Assembly (NCBI GenBank): GCA_030390025.1
Contig: CM059433.1
Location: forward strand, 3,410,001 to 3,474,000
Source: Squalus acanthias
Lineage: Eukaryota
DNA: 64,000 nt
Direction: 5' to 3'
Below the pieces are notes generated by a model. That model was not told the DNA's origin and ran no database searches. It worked only from the letters and a program-made list of their open reading frames with translations. Below are positions 26,203 through 39,377 of the stretch, piece by piece. The position numbers and the translations under genes were made by a program. Position 1 is the first letter of the stretch. Every line of letters begins with the position of its first letter.

Positions 26203-26959
26203 TGTTGTAAGATTTTAAAAACTATAATAAAACCGCTGCTACCATGTGAAGATTGAAGTTCAGAACGAATTGTGAAATGATAACGGACGGATTCAAAATG
26301 TAGGAAGTCAGCATGTGTTCTTTGTTTGTGAAGACACAAAATGACGGAAGTCAGCAGGGGGTCCTTTGCCTGGTGGTCAGTATGGTCCTTTGTTTGTCAG
26401 GCCACATGGACAGGAAGGAGAAACACGAGTGAAGAGGAAGTCCCGGCCCCACACACCTCACAGGAACATGAACGTGTCATGCGGAAGGAACTCCAATCAG
26501 GGAAGGTTTAGAGTGAAACTGACCTATCAGAGTGAGGCAGACAGTGATATACGAGGGGGGGCCGGCAGAAAGGCTCTATAAAAGAGGTGACCCAGAGGCG
26601 GGAAATTCAGAAAGAAAGAAGACAGAAGTGGAAGAACAGACGAACAAAGAAAGCTGGCCAGTCTATGTTTCGACTTATGACTTTCTGGAACGATCACCCA
26701 GAGATAAAGGAGTATGTATAAAAGTCGGACATAGAGCTTAGATATTGTTAAAGGGTACTTTTATGTATGTTTGACTTGGGATAAGTTGCTGGGGAGATAC
26801 TTTTATGTACGGGTAAATTGGGAGCATATTGATTGCGATTGTACACTTGAATTTTGAACTAAAGTAAATAAAGACCAATTTTATTCATCACATACTAGTT
26901 ACGCTTATTTGTAATTCTCGAAGTCCGAACAGTAGTCAGAGAAAGGCTACTCTGCAACA
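26203..26959 (+). mobile_element. Probable solo LTR (757 bp)
   Basis: TGTTGTA...TGCAACA inverted termini; CCAAT 26493, TATAAAA 26577 and AATAAA 26867 in U3-R-U5 order; flanks atatag/atgcag. Confidence 0.72.
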
Positions 26960-27164
26960 ATGCAGCAATGAAGAAAAACCCCTTCATTACTTTAAAAATC
27001 CGGATCATGTTCGCTCTCGATTGTCTTTTGTCCTCTGAAAACAAGTTCAATTCTGTGAACCTCTCTTCCTGATTTACAGCCCAACTTTGCCATCCATCTA
27101 ACTGAGCCCAAGTCAACTATCAAATGTTGAAATCCTTTCAGAAGGCACTGGCTGGAAGAACTGC

Positions 27165-28330
27165 AGTAACGGTCGAAGAGTGTTTTTGTGACTGGAAGGC
27201 TGTTTCCAGTGGGGTTCCGCAGGGCTCAGTACTGGGTCCTTTGCTTTTTGTGGTATATGTCAATGATTTGGACTTGAATGCAGGAAGTATGATTAAGAAA
27301 GTAAGAAAGAAAGACTTACATTTCTCCAGCGCCTTTCACAACCACCGGATGTCTCAAAGCGCTTTACAGCCAATGAAGTACTTTTGAAGTGCAGTCACTG
27401 TTGTAAGTTTGCAGATGATACAAAAATTGGCCGTGTGGTTGATAATGAAGAAGAAAGCTGCAGACTGCAGGAAGATATCGGTGGACTGGTCAGGTGGGCA
27501 GAACAGTGGCAAATGGAATTCAATCTGGAGAAGTGTGAGGTAATGCATTTGGGGAGGGCTAACGAGGCAAGGGAATACACATTAAATGGTAGGATACTGA
27601 GAAGTGCAGAGGATCAGAGGGGCCTTGGAGTGCATGTCCACAGATCCCTGAAGGTAGCAGGATAGATAGATAAGGTGGTTAAGAAGGCATACGGAATACT
27701 TACCTATATTAGCCGAGGCATAGAATATAAGAGTAGGGAGGTTATGCTTGAACTGTATAAAACACTAGTTAGGCCGCAGCTAGAATACTGCGTGCAGTTC
27801 TGGTCACCACATTACAGGAAGGATGTGATTGCACTAGAGGGGGGTGCAGAGGAGATTTACAAGGATGTTGCCTGGACTGGAGAATTTTAGCTATGAGGAA
27901 AGATTGGATAGGCTGGGGTTGTTTTCTTTGGAACAGAGGAGGCTGAGGGGAGACCTAATTCAGGTGTATAAAAAGATGAGGGACCCAGATAGAGTGGATA
28001 GGAAGGACCTATTTCCCTTAGCAGAAGGGTCAACAACCAGGGGGCATAGATTTAAAGTAATTAGTCGGAGGTTTAGAGGGGATTTGAGGAAAAATTTCTT
28101 CACCCAGAGGGTGGTGGGGGTCTGGAACTCACTGCCTGAAAGGGTGGTAGAGGCAGAGACCCTCATCACATTTAAAAAGTACTTGGATATGCACTTGAAG
28201 TGCCGGAACCTACAGGGCTACGGACCAAGTACGGAAAGTGGGATTAGACTGGATAGCTCTTTGTCGGCCGGCATGGACAAGATGGGCCGAATGGCCTCCT
28301 TCTGTGCTATAAATTTCTATGATTCTATGA
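27165..28330 (+). mobile_element. CR1 5'-truncated copy (ttctatgattctatga tail subfamily)
   Basis: [22 protein letters not shown] and RGDLI in consecutive ORFs. Confidence 0.95.
27298..27404 (-). mobile_element. DeuSINE-like 3' tail inserted in a CR1 RT
   Basis: Matches 45804-45908; taag is present at both junctions and CR1 resumes at KFADD. Confidence 0.85.
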
Positions 28331-29169
28331 GTATGAAATAATAAAAAGTAAGAGTTTGTTGTTACACACTCGTATGAACTACACTCTTTTTATTTGTTGT
28401 CCTTGCACATTCGGTAGCATAACAGGATGTAGGCGGATCAACAGTAACAAGTGCACACAGGGAAGATTTTCTGCTTGAAAGGATGGGAAATCACAAGCTG
28501 GAGATGCTCAATTACTCGATAGGTGCACCAAGCACATGTGGGAGAACTGACACAGTAAATGGCCTACATCTCTTGTCCTTATTACTGAGAGCATAGAAAG
28601 ATTCGTAGAAATTCTACTGCAGCACCAACAGACACGGCGCAGCTTTCTCTTGGCCAAATGCACACTGCAGCAAAATTCTTTAACAAGTGATTGCTAATTT
28701 TGAATTCGAACCTCTGCGTCAAAAGGGCAGAGCCTCGGCCTCTGGCAATCTTAGCACTGAGGCCCAGGATCCTATCAATAATAGTCAGGAATCTGTAAGC
28801 AGCAGTTAATTAACTTTACTATTGATTTTTATCTCTTCTTTAATCCTTGTGCAATGCTCATGGCTACACTTTTGCCACGATATGTATGCATGGATGGGGT
28901 CATTTTACCAATTTGTGCTCCTGGTTAGGGACGCCAACTCGAGTTGGACGTTTTCCTGCAGGTTTCATCGTTGCAATAAAAAAAATGCGCAAAGTCTTTT
29001 CTCCCTTTGAAAGCTCCACACATGGAGCTTCCCTTGTACCGATTCAAAATGGACTTCGAACACGATCCCACTGCCGACACCAGGAGATTGCACCAGGTAA
29101 TCATTTACAACAACAGCTGGCATGAAATAGCACCTTTAACGTAGTAAAACATCTCCAGGCGCTTCACAG

Positions 29170-29868
29170 GACTTTGGCGTGCATGTACATAGATCCCTGA
29201 AGGCAGCAGGGCAGGGAGATAAGGTGGTTAAAAAAGCATATGGGATACTTACCTTCATTAGCCGAGGCATAGAATATAAGAGCAGGGAGGTTATGATGGA
29301 GCTGTAAAAACGCTAGTTAGGCCACAGCTGGAATACTGTGTGCAGTTCTGGTCACCACACTATAGGAAGGATGTGATTGCATTGGAGAGGGTGCAGAGGA
29401 GATTCACCAGGATGTTACCTGGGCTGGAGCGCTTCAGCTATGAAGAGAGACTGGACAGGCTGGGGTTGTTTTCCTTAGAGCAGAGAAGGCTGAGGGGGGA
29501 CCGGATTGAGGTATACAAAATTATGAGGGGCATAGATAGGGTAGATAGAAAGGAACTTTTCCCCTTAGTAGAGGGGTCAATAACCAGGGGGCATAGTTTC
29601 AAGATAAGGGGCAGGAGGTTTAGAGGGGATTTGAGGAAAAACTTTTTCACCCAGAGGGTGGTTGGAATCTGGAACTCACTGCCTGAAAGGGTGGTAGAGG
29701 CAGGAACCCTCACAACATTCAAGAAGCATTTAGATGAGCACTTGAAACGCCATAGCATACAAGGCTACGGACCAAGTGCTGGAAAATGGGATTAGAATAG
29801 AGAGGGCTTGATGGCCAGCGCGGACACGATGGGCCGAAGGGCCTCTTTCTGTGCTGTATAAATCTATA
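29170..29868 (+). mobile_element. CR1 3' fragment; its tail resumes at 30760
   Basis: ORF 29340-29795 QFWSPHYRKD...RGDRIE...WNSLP. Confidence 0.95.
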
Positions 29869-30759
29869 GGGGGAAAATTCAGTTGGATTGCGCCTCCCGT
29901 TAGCGCCTTAAGAGAGCGCTAATGGGGCGCAAAGCAACTAGCGCCCGTGCGCGGCGATCTTTGCGCCGCTCACGAAATTAACTAGACATTTTGCGGCGGC
30001 GCTAAACACTACCGCCACGAGCTCCTGCGCCGGCCGATCGTGACATCAGTCGAGAGTGCAACGCCCCGGTAGCGCCCCGGGCCGGATATTGAGTGGCGCC
30101 CCCTGCCTTACCACCTGCCGCTAGCAACGACAGGTTGAGGGGAGCGTTTTGCAGTCGGGAAGGGACTGGGGGAGCGCTATTTAAAGGCGACCGCTTCCTG
30201 CCTTTTATTGTCGGCAAAATTTTTGCACCACGCACTCTGAGTGAGAGAGAGAGACTGCAGGAGATATTCAAAGCTGTGTTGAGGAGTTTTGGGTACTGAG
30301 CAGCACTTTGCAGGTTCTTTCTGGTTTGATCTTCCTTGCATCGATTTAGAAGAGACTGTGGGGGCTGCACTCTGAGCTCTTTACCTGGGCCTCTCCATTG
30401 TTCTTTCCAGCAGATTTGATGTACAGGTCTCTCCAGGCCGAGATTCAAGGCTGCAATGAGCAGGGTGTGGATGTAGAGCAAGATAGACCCTCCCCTTTAA
30501 GAACTGGCCCGTGCCATTGTGTCTGTGTTCCATTGCTGACTGACATCACATGAGCTTCGCCAGCGCTCTGAGGTAGCGCCTCGCTCCTCGGCCTTTGCGC
30601 CTTAAGACAGGTGTGAAGCGCCTGATTTAGCGCTCCACTCACCTCCAGGGGCGATAAAAGTCAAGTTTGCAGTCGGAGGCGATAATTAGCGCCAGGCGCT
30701 AAACTTTGCGCACGGCCGATAATGGCGCCCCAAATGGGGCGATACTGAATTTTTCCCCC
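29869..30759. mobile_element. Harbinger-type MITE inserted in a CR1 tail
   Basis: gggggaaaattcagt ... actgaatttttccccc TIRs; flanks ata/atg; the empty site rebuilds tctatgactcta. Confidence 0.88.
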
Positions 30760-30768
30760 ATGACTCTA

Positions 30769-30930
30769 GCAGACGGAATTTGACAGCGAGCCACATAAGG
30801 AGATATTAGGACAGGTGGCCAATAGCTTGGTCAAAGAGGTCGGCTTTAAGGAGCATCCAATGGTGGAGCAAAGGAAATCGGGGATGCGGAAGAGCCCAGA
30901 GTTGGAGGAGCGCAGAGATCTCAGATATTC
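30769..30930 (-). mobile_element. L2 3' fragment
   Basis: Reverse-complement similarity to 12705-12935 (YLRSLRSSNSGL, LKPTSLTKLL). Confidence 0.8.
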
Positions 30931-32609
30931 TCGCATAAATTTGGGGGCTTTAATAAGGCCCTCACATGAGATATGCGCGTGTAGACTTGCACACAAAATG
31001 CAACCAGCTGTCAAATTTTGAGTGGAAAGAATTGGGTGTGGAGCAAGCACGAGGCCTGATCACCCAATGTTTCAATCCTTCTGCACCCGTCATGTGCCTG
31101 CACAACCAGAGCAGTTGATCGGTGAATGGCACTATATATCTCAAACGCTTCAGTATTCTCACATAATTAAATGCGGCACTCGTTCTGGAGGACAGCAACA
31201 CAGAAGGTGCAGAAGTAAATGTGGCTACAGTTGCAGTGGGTAAGCTCGTACACGAAGCACTTTGCAAGCAGTCATCTCTAATACAGTTCTGCAAGTGAAA
31301 CTCAAAGCTGCTCTGCACCATTTCCGAGGCTCACATACCATAAAATCAGAACTAGAAGCACCACTTGCATGCTAGCTTTGGTGTCCGCTGAACACAAAGG
31401 ACCTGATTCAAACACCAGGACAGCTATTGGGGTTCTTTATATTAAAACAGCAGCCTTTCAAGACAACAGAACAACTTATTGACAGGTAAAGTTGACCATG
31501 CAGCCCGTGGTAAATATTTATTATTGTTTTCTCTTTTCGTACAAAGTTCAGCCCATCCAACGGAAAATACCAAACGCACTCCCTCCAGAAAAAGTGATAA
31601 AATAAAAATGGTTGAAATTGCCGTGTGAGGTGCAGCGTTCGATTTCAGAGTGCATGGTGAACTCCTCAGGCTCTGTCAATGGAACAGCACAGAGGAAACT
31701 GTCAACATGTGCCTGCAGTACAGGTTACTGGTGTAGGTGGCACTGTAAATAGACAAACAACATAGACTTTGAAATCCAAATGAACGTTAGTTTATCTTCC
31801 AATGCTGCCACACGCTGGCCACTTGGTGGATCTGCAAGGGCCAGTCGTCAGCAAAAAACTAACATTTAAAAGTTCAGTGATCTTGTGTGTCCCCTTCCCT
31901 AGGCTCGCTCACAAAGCTGAAGAGAGCATGCAGTCAAGGAAACATGCCCAGCAACACCGAGCTTATCTTACTGTCCTCCTCCCTCAAGCATTCTAGGCAA
32001 ATAGAACGAATCTCCCAACATTTATTGCCGTGTTACTGGTCGTGTACTAGCCATCTGAACTGGAAACCTTCACTAAAACCCCAGCGATTTGTTCACCACA
32101 CCCTCCCCCTTTTCTCACAGAAAAACAATTTGGAGACAGGGTGAAGAGAAGGACATTTCACTGCCTATTCTCAAACTCCCTCTGGACCCCTCTTATTTCC
32201 TTTTTCACTTCCCTTCTGAACTTTCTGTATGCTTAGACAGGAATGGACAAGCCCTAAAACTGTTTTGTCAATTTTAGTCCATATCTATGAGGTAAGTTCA
32301 GCAGCTTCACCCCGTTCAATACATTTCAATGGGGAGTCAGACAGCAAGATGCTGTTTTCGTGCAGCTTGTGAAGGAGCAGGGCAACCTGGACAGCAACGT
32401 CCGGATTTTCACGTTTAACTGCGCGTGTGCACTCGCCAGAAGCTGCTGTCCGATTTTCACGTAAATAACGGCTAGCATTGTTAGCCTCACTGTTACTTTT
32501 ACATAAAATCTGTCCCAATGTGTTATTTTGGCTGTTAAATATTGCTGAGTTTACTCCTCCAGTGGCTCAATGAATTATCTAGTGAGTACCTGTACCACAC
32601 CAATCGGGT

Positions 32610-32978
32610 ACGGTTACTGGGCTAGTAATCCAGAGGTCCTAGATTAATAATCTGGAGACATGAGTTCAAATCCCACCACAGGCAGCTGGGGGAATATAAA
32701 TTCAGTTAATTAAATAAATCTGGAATTAAAAGCTAGTATCAGTAATGGTGACCATGAAACAACCGGATTGTTGTAAAAACCCATCTGGTTCTTTAGGGAA
32801 GGAAATCTGCCGTCCTTACCCGGTCTGGCCTATTTGTGACTCCAGGCCCACAGCAATGTGGTTGACTCTTAACTGCCCTCTGCGGTTCAAGAAGGTGGCT
32901 CACTGCCACCTTCTCAAGGGCAATCAATGCTGGCCTTGCCAGCGATGCCCACATCCCATGAACAAATATTTAAAAAAA
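32610..32978 (+). mobile_element. tRNA-derived SINE ending in the 3' tail of the second LINE family
   Basis: B-box gagttcaaatccc at 32662; 32882-32978 matches LINE ends at 8111-8215 and 41550-41662. Confidence 0.88.
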
Positions 32979-33877
32979 TCAAAAAAGGCCCAGGTTTGAT
33001 CCTCAGACTCTGCTGTGCTAGCTGATCCTGACTTGGGTAGCAGTAGGCTTGTTCGCCTTCACTATCGAGGCTCAGATATAAGCAATGACATCTAGGGCAA
33101 GGTATTGGAACCCGGAGAAACCGGCCCCAGCCTTTCTTCCCCTTAATTGGACTTGAGTTCCCGGAGATGATGTGGCTGCTGGTGGGTAGGAGAGTGTCTA
33201 ACCACGATGCTTCACGCATGACTAACGTGAGGGGCAGTCCTGACGGACCAGGTGGTCTTTTCCTGCCCGTCATTTTTGTATGTTCGAAAATTGGTCAGGG
33301 AATGAGGAAAAAGTATGTTGCTAGTGAATTCAGACAATCAATTCCTTCAGCTTTATTACTGGCTATGATATTACAGAAAGAAAAGCTACAATTACGATTC
33401 ATCAATCTTCTTGTTTGCAATCATACAGAAATCTTATCAAACTGCTTGACCTTTCAATTATGGAGATGGTCTCTGAAATCACAATCAATTATAATCAAAT
33501 GTGTAATAAATGTTCATAATTTTATTTCCAAAAAGATTATTGGCCAAATTTTACCCTTTTGGGTGGGTTGCTATGGGTGATGGTACATTAGTGTTACCAC
33601 AGTACTTTGAGAAACTGTTCACCCATTTCTGTTTGATTATGTAACATAGAGTCTCACTCTCTGAACTCACGCCTTATGTCAGTGCCTTTTTGTAACAACA
33701 AACCCGAATTCCATAGAATTAGCAGTGAAGAAATAGTCTTGTATGGCAAGAATGGATGGTCAGCCAGTCCTCCTTGAGGTACGTAGGGACATGGGGACAT
33801 TATGAACAGCAGTAGGCCGTTCTCCCCCTTGAGCCTGCTCCAACATTCAATTAGATCATGGCTGATCTGCCATTGCA

Positions 33878-35580
33878 GAGGATGTAACTAGCAGGGTTGA
33901 TTTTTTTTTATTCGTTTATGGGATGTGGGCGTCGCTGGCAAGGCCAGCATTTATTGCCCATCCTTAATTGCCCTTGAGAAGGTGGTGGTGAGCCGCCGCC
34001 TTGAATCACTGCAGTCCGTGTGGTGAAGGTACTCCCACAGTGCTGTTAGGGAGGGAGTTCCAGGATTTTGACCCAGCGACGATGAAGGAACGTCGATATA
34101 CTTCTAAGTTAGGATGGTGTGTGACTTGGAGGGGAACTTGGAGGTGGTGGTGTTCCCGTGCGCCTGCTGCCCTTGTCCTTCTAGCTGGTAGAGGTCGCGG
34201 GTTTGGGAGGTGTTGCCGAAGAAGCTTTGGCGAGTTGCTGCAGTGCATCTTGTAGATGGTACACACTACAGCCACGGTATGCCGGTGGTGGAGGGAGTGA
34301 ATGTTTAAGGTGGAGGATGGGGTGCCAATCAAGTGGGCTGCTTTGTCCTAGATGGTGTCGAGCTTCTTGAGTGTTGTTGGAGCTGCACTCATCCAGGCAT
34401 AAAGGGGAACCAGTGGATGTAGTATATTTGGATTTCCAAAAGGCATTTGATAATGTGCCACACAAAAGGTTATTACACAAAATTAGGGCTCATGGGGTTG
34501 GGAGTAATATAGTAGCATGGATAGAGGATGGGTTAACGGACAGAAAACAGAGAGTAGGGATAAACGGATCTTTTCCAGGTTGGCAGGCTGTAACTAGTGG
34601 CGTGCCGCAAGGATCAGTGTTGGGGCCTCAGCTATTTACAATCTATATTAATGACCTAGATGAAGGGACCGAGTGTAATGTATCCAAGTTTGCTGATGAT
34701 ACAAAGCTAGGTGGGACAGTAAGCTGTGAGAAGAACACAAAGAGTCTGCAAAGGGATATAGATAGACTAAGTGAGTGGGCAGTAAGGTGGCAGATGGAGT
34801 ATAATGTAGGGAAATGCGAAGTTATTCACTTTGGTAGGAAGAATTGAAAAACAGAATATTTTTTAAATGGTGAGAAACTTTCAAATGTTGATGTTCAGAG
34901 AGATTTGGGTGTCCTCGTGCAAGAAAGACAGAAAGCTAGCATGCAGGTACAGCAAGCAATAAGGAAGGCAAATGGCATGTTGGCCTTTATTGCAAGGGGG
35001 TTGGAGTATAAGAGTAAGGAAGTCTTGCTACAATTGTACAGGGCCTTGATGAGACCACACCTGGAGTACTGTGCATAGTTTTGGTCTCCTTATCTAAGGA
35101 AAGATATACTTGCCTTGGAGGCAGTGCAACGAAGGTTCACTAGATTGATTCCTGGGATGAGAGGGCTGTCCTATGATGAGAGATTGTATAGAATGGGCCT
35201 ATACTCTCTGGAGTTTAGAAGAATGAGAGGTGATCTCATTGAAACATACAAGATTCTGAAGGGGATTGACAGGATAGATGCTGAGAGGTTGTTTCCCCTG
35301 GCTGGTGTGTTTAGAACTAGGGGGCATAGTCTCAGGATAAGGGGTAGGCCATTCAAGACTGAGATGAGGAGGAATTTCTTCACTCAGAGGGTTGTGAATC
35401 TTTGGAATTCTCTGCCCCAGAGGGCTGTGAATGCTCAGTCGTTGAGTATATTCAAGGCTGAGATCGATAGATTTTTGGACTCTAGGTGAATCAAGGGATA
35501 TGGAGATTGGGCAGGAAAGTGGAGTTGAGGTCGAAGATCAGCCATGATCTTATTGAATGGTGGAGCAGGCTCGAGGGCCG
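33878..35580 (+). mobile_element. CR1 copy interrupted by a LINE insertion at 33901-34398
   Basis: gaggatgtaactagcagggt | ataaaggggaacc rejoin as [12 protein letters not shown]; ORFs 34371-34847 and 35115-35489. Confidence 0.93.
33901..34398 (-). mobile_element. 3' fragment of the second LINE family nested in CR1
   Basis: Highly similar to 8111-8606; T-run at 33901. Confidence 0.93.
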
Positions 35581-35584
35581 TATT

Positions 35585-36245
35585 ACTATCTATATCTATA
35601 TCCCTTTACAGACTCTTTGTGTCCTCCTCACAACTTGCTTTTCCACCTATCTTTGTATCGTCAGCAAATTTGGCTACAGTACGCTCGGTCCTTTCATCCA
35701 AGTCATTAATGGTGGCACCCCACTAGATACAGTTTGCCAACCTGAAAATGACCCATTTATCCCGACTCTCTGTTTTCTGTTAGTTGACCAATCCTCTATC
35801 CATGCTAATATATTACCCAACATCATGAGCTCTTATCTTGTGCAGTAACCTTTTATGTGGCACCTTATCGAATTCCTTTTGGAAAGCCAAATACACAACA
35901 CCTACTGGTTCCCCTTTATCCACCCTGCTCGTTACATCCTCGAAGAACTCTAATAAATTTGTCAAACACGATTTCCCTTTCATAAAACCATGTTGACTCT
36001 GCTTGATTGTATTATGATTTTCTAAATGTCCTGCTTTTACTTCTTTTATAATGGATTCCAGCATTTTTCCAATGACACATGTTAGGCTAACTGGCCGAAA
36101 GTTTCCTGCTTTCTGTTTATCCTTTCTTGAATAGGGGTGTTGTATTTGCGGTTTTCCAATCCGCTGGGACCTCTCCAGAATCTAGGGAATTTTGGAAGAT
36201 TACAACTAATGCATCCACTATCTCTGCAGCCACTTCTTTTAAGAC
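35585..36245 (-). mobile_element. CR1 RT fragment, inverted relative to the adjacent copy
   Basis: ORF 35813-36064 QHGFMKGKSCLTNLLEFFE. Confidence 0.92.
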
Positions 36246-37273
36246 CAGCAGGATGAGTTTGACCACTGCCTCCTCAGCTGGTTCTGGGTCATATCTCTCC
36301 AGGAGAAGAGAGTAACTTGTTATAGATCCTGCAAAAAAAATAATGAGCAGGAATAACCTTAAAGCAGAGTCTTGGCCAAAGCCTGAGCATGTAACTGAAG
36401 TCCTGTCTTTCATCAACTAATTAACAATTGAATATACAAATTCAGCAGCACCGTTACACCATGGAACTACGGTAGGACAGAGCTTTCTCCCGGTGCTTTG
36501 ACCTACCACTGACCTCATCTTAAATCCCAGAAATGGGGTAATTTTAATAATGGGGTTGATGCCCATGATTGTCGTGGCACAACAGGGGCACCTGATCCAC
36601 AGAGGCAGCAGATGTAGGAGCAGCACCCTGCCAGTCCGAGAGGGGAAGCCAGAGGTCAGGATTGGGCTGAACATATACTCCCTCGGGATCAATTACTTTT
36701 CGAATGGCAACCCTCAGGATTCTCTTTAGGCCCGGGATAGAACCTTCGCTAGGCCCAAAATGTGACCTACCACTTTATCTCTGCAGATTGAGGTCAGGTT
36801 GGGCCTATTGGGCACCTACGTTAGATTTCCCAGGTAGACCTTTGAATGTCTCTCGGCACCGCCCCCCCCAAATCGATGCCTGGATGTAGGGAAGGTGGGC
36901 AGAAGAAGCACCCGCTCACCCATCCCTCAATTAGGATTTCCTAGGCAGTTGAGATGAGGTGGAAAGCTGACAGGTGCAGGTTCTATCCTGCAAGGCCCTC
37001 CGTCAAAACTGTGCTGGAATTCCACCCCTTGAGGTTACAGAATTTCTACCCTCCAGTAATCATAGTTTCTGACATATGCCTTTGCCGTTAAATAACACCT
37101 TGGAAAGGAACCATGGGGAAGAATTTCATCCCCCTCTATCGGGTGGGAATGTGGCGCTAGTGTGATGGAAATCCTGGTGCAGCACTTACTGCCTCCTTCC
37201 CACCGATGTCTGGGTCATCACCATTTTGGTGAAGGGCTTGAAATGGGCAGCCCAGTTTCTCAATATAGATATC

Positions 37274-37789
37274 ATGATGCGGAGATGCCGGTGTTGGACT
37301 GGGGTGGACAAAAATGAGAGTCGCACAACACCAGGTTATAGTCCAACAGTTTTATTTGAAATTACGAGCTTTCGGAGCGCTGCTCCTTCTTCAGGTACAG
37401 TGAGGGAATATAAATCGATTACACAGTATATATAGACAGAGAACAATGTGTCTGCAGAGATACAATCTGTTAGGGGAGGCATTACATCAAAGACACATCA
37501 GAGTACAGCTAAGACAATCAGGTGGGTCACAGGGGGTCCAACGTGTCAAATGCTGCAGTCTGCAGTTAAGCTTTTAACTTTTTTTTAAAAACTGGGAAAT
37601 CGGACAGCGATGTCGAGTCACGTTCTGTAGCGTGACATGAACCCGAGATCTCGGTTGAGGCCGTCCTCGTGGGTGCGGAACTTGGCTATCAGTTTCTGCT
37701 CGATGATTTTGCGTTGTCGTGTGTCTCGAAGGTCACCTTGGAGAACGCTAACCCGCAGATCCGAGGCTGAATGTCCTTGACTGCTGAAG
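37274..37789 (-). mobile_element. Penelope-like element 3' end (GIY-YIG C-terminus plus pLTR)
   Basis: 37788-37618 translates FSSQGHSASDLRVSVLQGDLRDTRQRKIIEQKLIAKFRTHEDGLNRDLGFMSRYRT*, typical of a Penelope endonuclease end. Confidence 0.9.
37361..37397 (-). ncRNA. Minimal type I hammerhead ribozyme motif in a Penelope pLTR
   Basis: Minus strand tac-CTGAAGA-a-ggagc-agc-gctcc-GAAA-gc-TC-gta. Confidence 0.72.
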
Positions 37790-39377
37790 GCAGTAGCCTT
37801 TTTAGCCCGTTCAAATCAGGGTCCTATGATGTCAATAGGGCCCCAGTACATGGTCCACTCATTGGTATTTGGTGTAGAGCAGCCCCAACCAGTGATCCTT
37901 AACCAGCTGCAGGCCACTCAAGGAAGGTAAGAAAAAGGTTTCTAAATTATTGTCAGGGCGTCATAATGTTCCCCTGCAGTCGCCTCCAACCCCCTCCACC
38001 CTTCTTTAGCCTACCTGGGATGGCTGGGCTCCACAGAGGAGTCACCAGATTTCCTGCCCTCCCCAATCGGCGAGCTGCTCCAAATGCCCGAGCAGCTTGC
38101 CGATGGAATTCAAATGAGGCTCAAGCATGAAAATGGTTCAAGCCTCCAGTCGCAATCATCAGGTGTGTAACGAACTCGCTCCACCTGCCTCACACTGGAA
38201 GCGATCACTTCAAAATCTACCCCCTGTACGACAGAATTAATCTTCTTGATTGGTCTCTAATATATTGATCCCGTAATTGGGATTGTCTCAGTAAAAAATT
38301 AATGTGCAAGTCCTATAGAGAGAGCGAGAGAAGAGGAATGATCCTGATACTGATCCCTGTGGGAGACCACTGTTTATATTCCTTCAGTCAGAAAAACATC
38401 CTTAACACCTTTAACTGTCTGTCTTCTGTCCTTTAACCAACTTCCTATCCACGGAACCACATTCCCTTTAATATTGTCATGGAAACAAAGATAAGTAAAT
38501 ATTTATCAAACCCCTCAATCAGAATGCCAAGTGTGATGAAGTAACATTGTCACTGTAGGTGTTTCATGTGAACAACTTGTTCTAACAAATATTAAAGGAA
38601 AGTTGTTTCTGATTCGATCATAAACTGTTGAAATTGTGCTGTAAATCCTACCTAGAGCGTTTCTTCACTAAATGAGCTTAGCACGTGTTGGAACACCTGC
38701 AACATTCAGACTTCTTTGAAATAAACACAAAGACATTTTTATTTTTTTTAAAGATATTGATATTTTACTTTACTCACCTGAAGATTGGTATAAATTAAAC
38801 CAGTATCATAACTTGCAAATGTTTTCAAGTTAATTAACTCACATAAAAACACACGGTCGGTAGGACAGTACATTTTCTGGTAACAGGAATTGTCCAAAAT
38901 ATTTTGAGCAGCTTTAGAATGTGTCACATTGATCAGTATCTTAGTAAATACATTTTAAAAACAGATGCTCAGTAATAACTTTAAGGAAAAATCTGGAACA
39001 ATTTTATGTTTACTGGGGCAGGAAATTAAAGTCAGAGGAGTTGATGCAAATAAGTCTAAATTTGGGAGAGTTTGAGGTTGTCATTCTGCATCTCCAGTTA
39101 TTACCTTAAAGGTCTTGAAAGTGATCCAGGCTTCACAACATAGCACTGATTCAACAGGAATTGTCAAGACTGGATCATTTCTCTTTTTCCTCTAGGGATT
39201 GAAATTGTGCTACGTGACATTAGTAACAGACGTGTTAATGTGTGTGTTTAAAATTCATCTGCCCAAATTTAACAATGGTGTCACTCCAATGGGCTAATGC
39301 TTTGATTAAAATTGTAAACTTCATACAAACACGATGATGTTCATTACTAATACTACACAGTGCAGTATTCAAAGCAT

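Larger units (their letters stand above)
37115..38223. mobile_element. Degenerate Harbinger-type MITE hosting a Penelope fragment
   Basis: ggggaagaattt ... aaaatctacccc termini. Confidence 0.5.

Noticed and set aside
38778..38811. Possible minus-strand micro-exon (YDTGLIYTNLQ)
   Set aside because: Only the donor is convincing; no recognisable protein.
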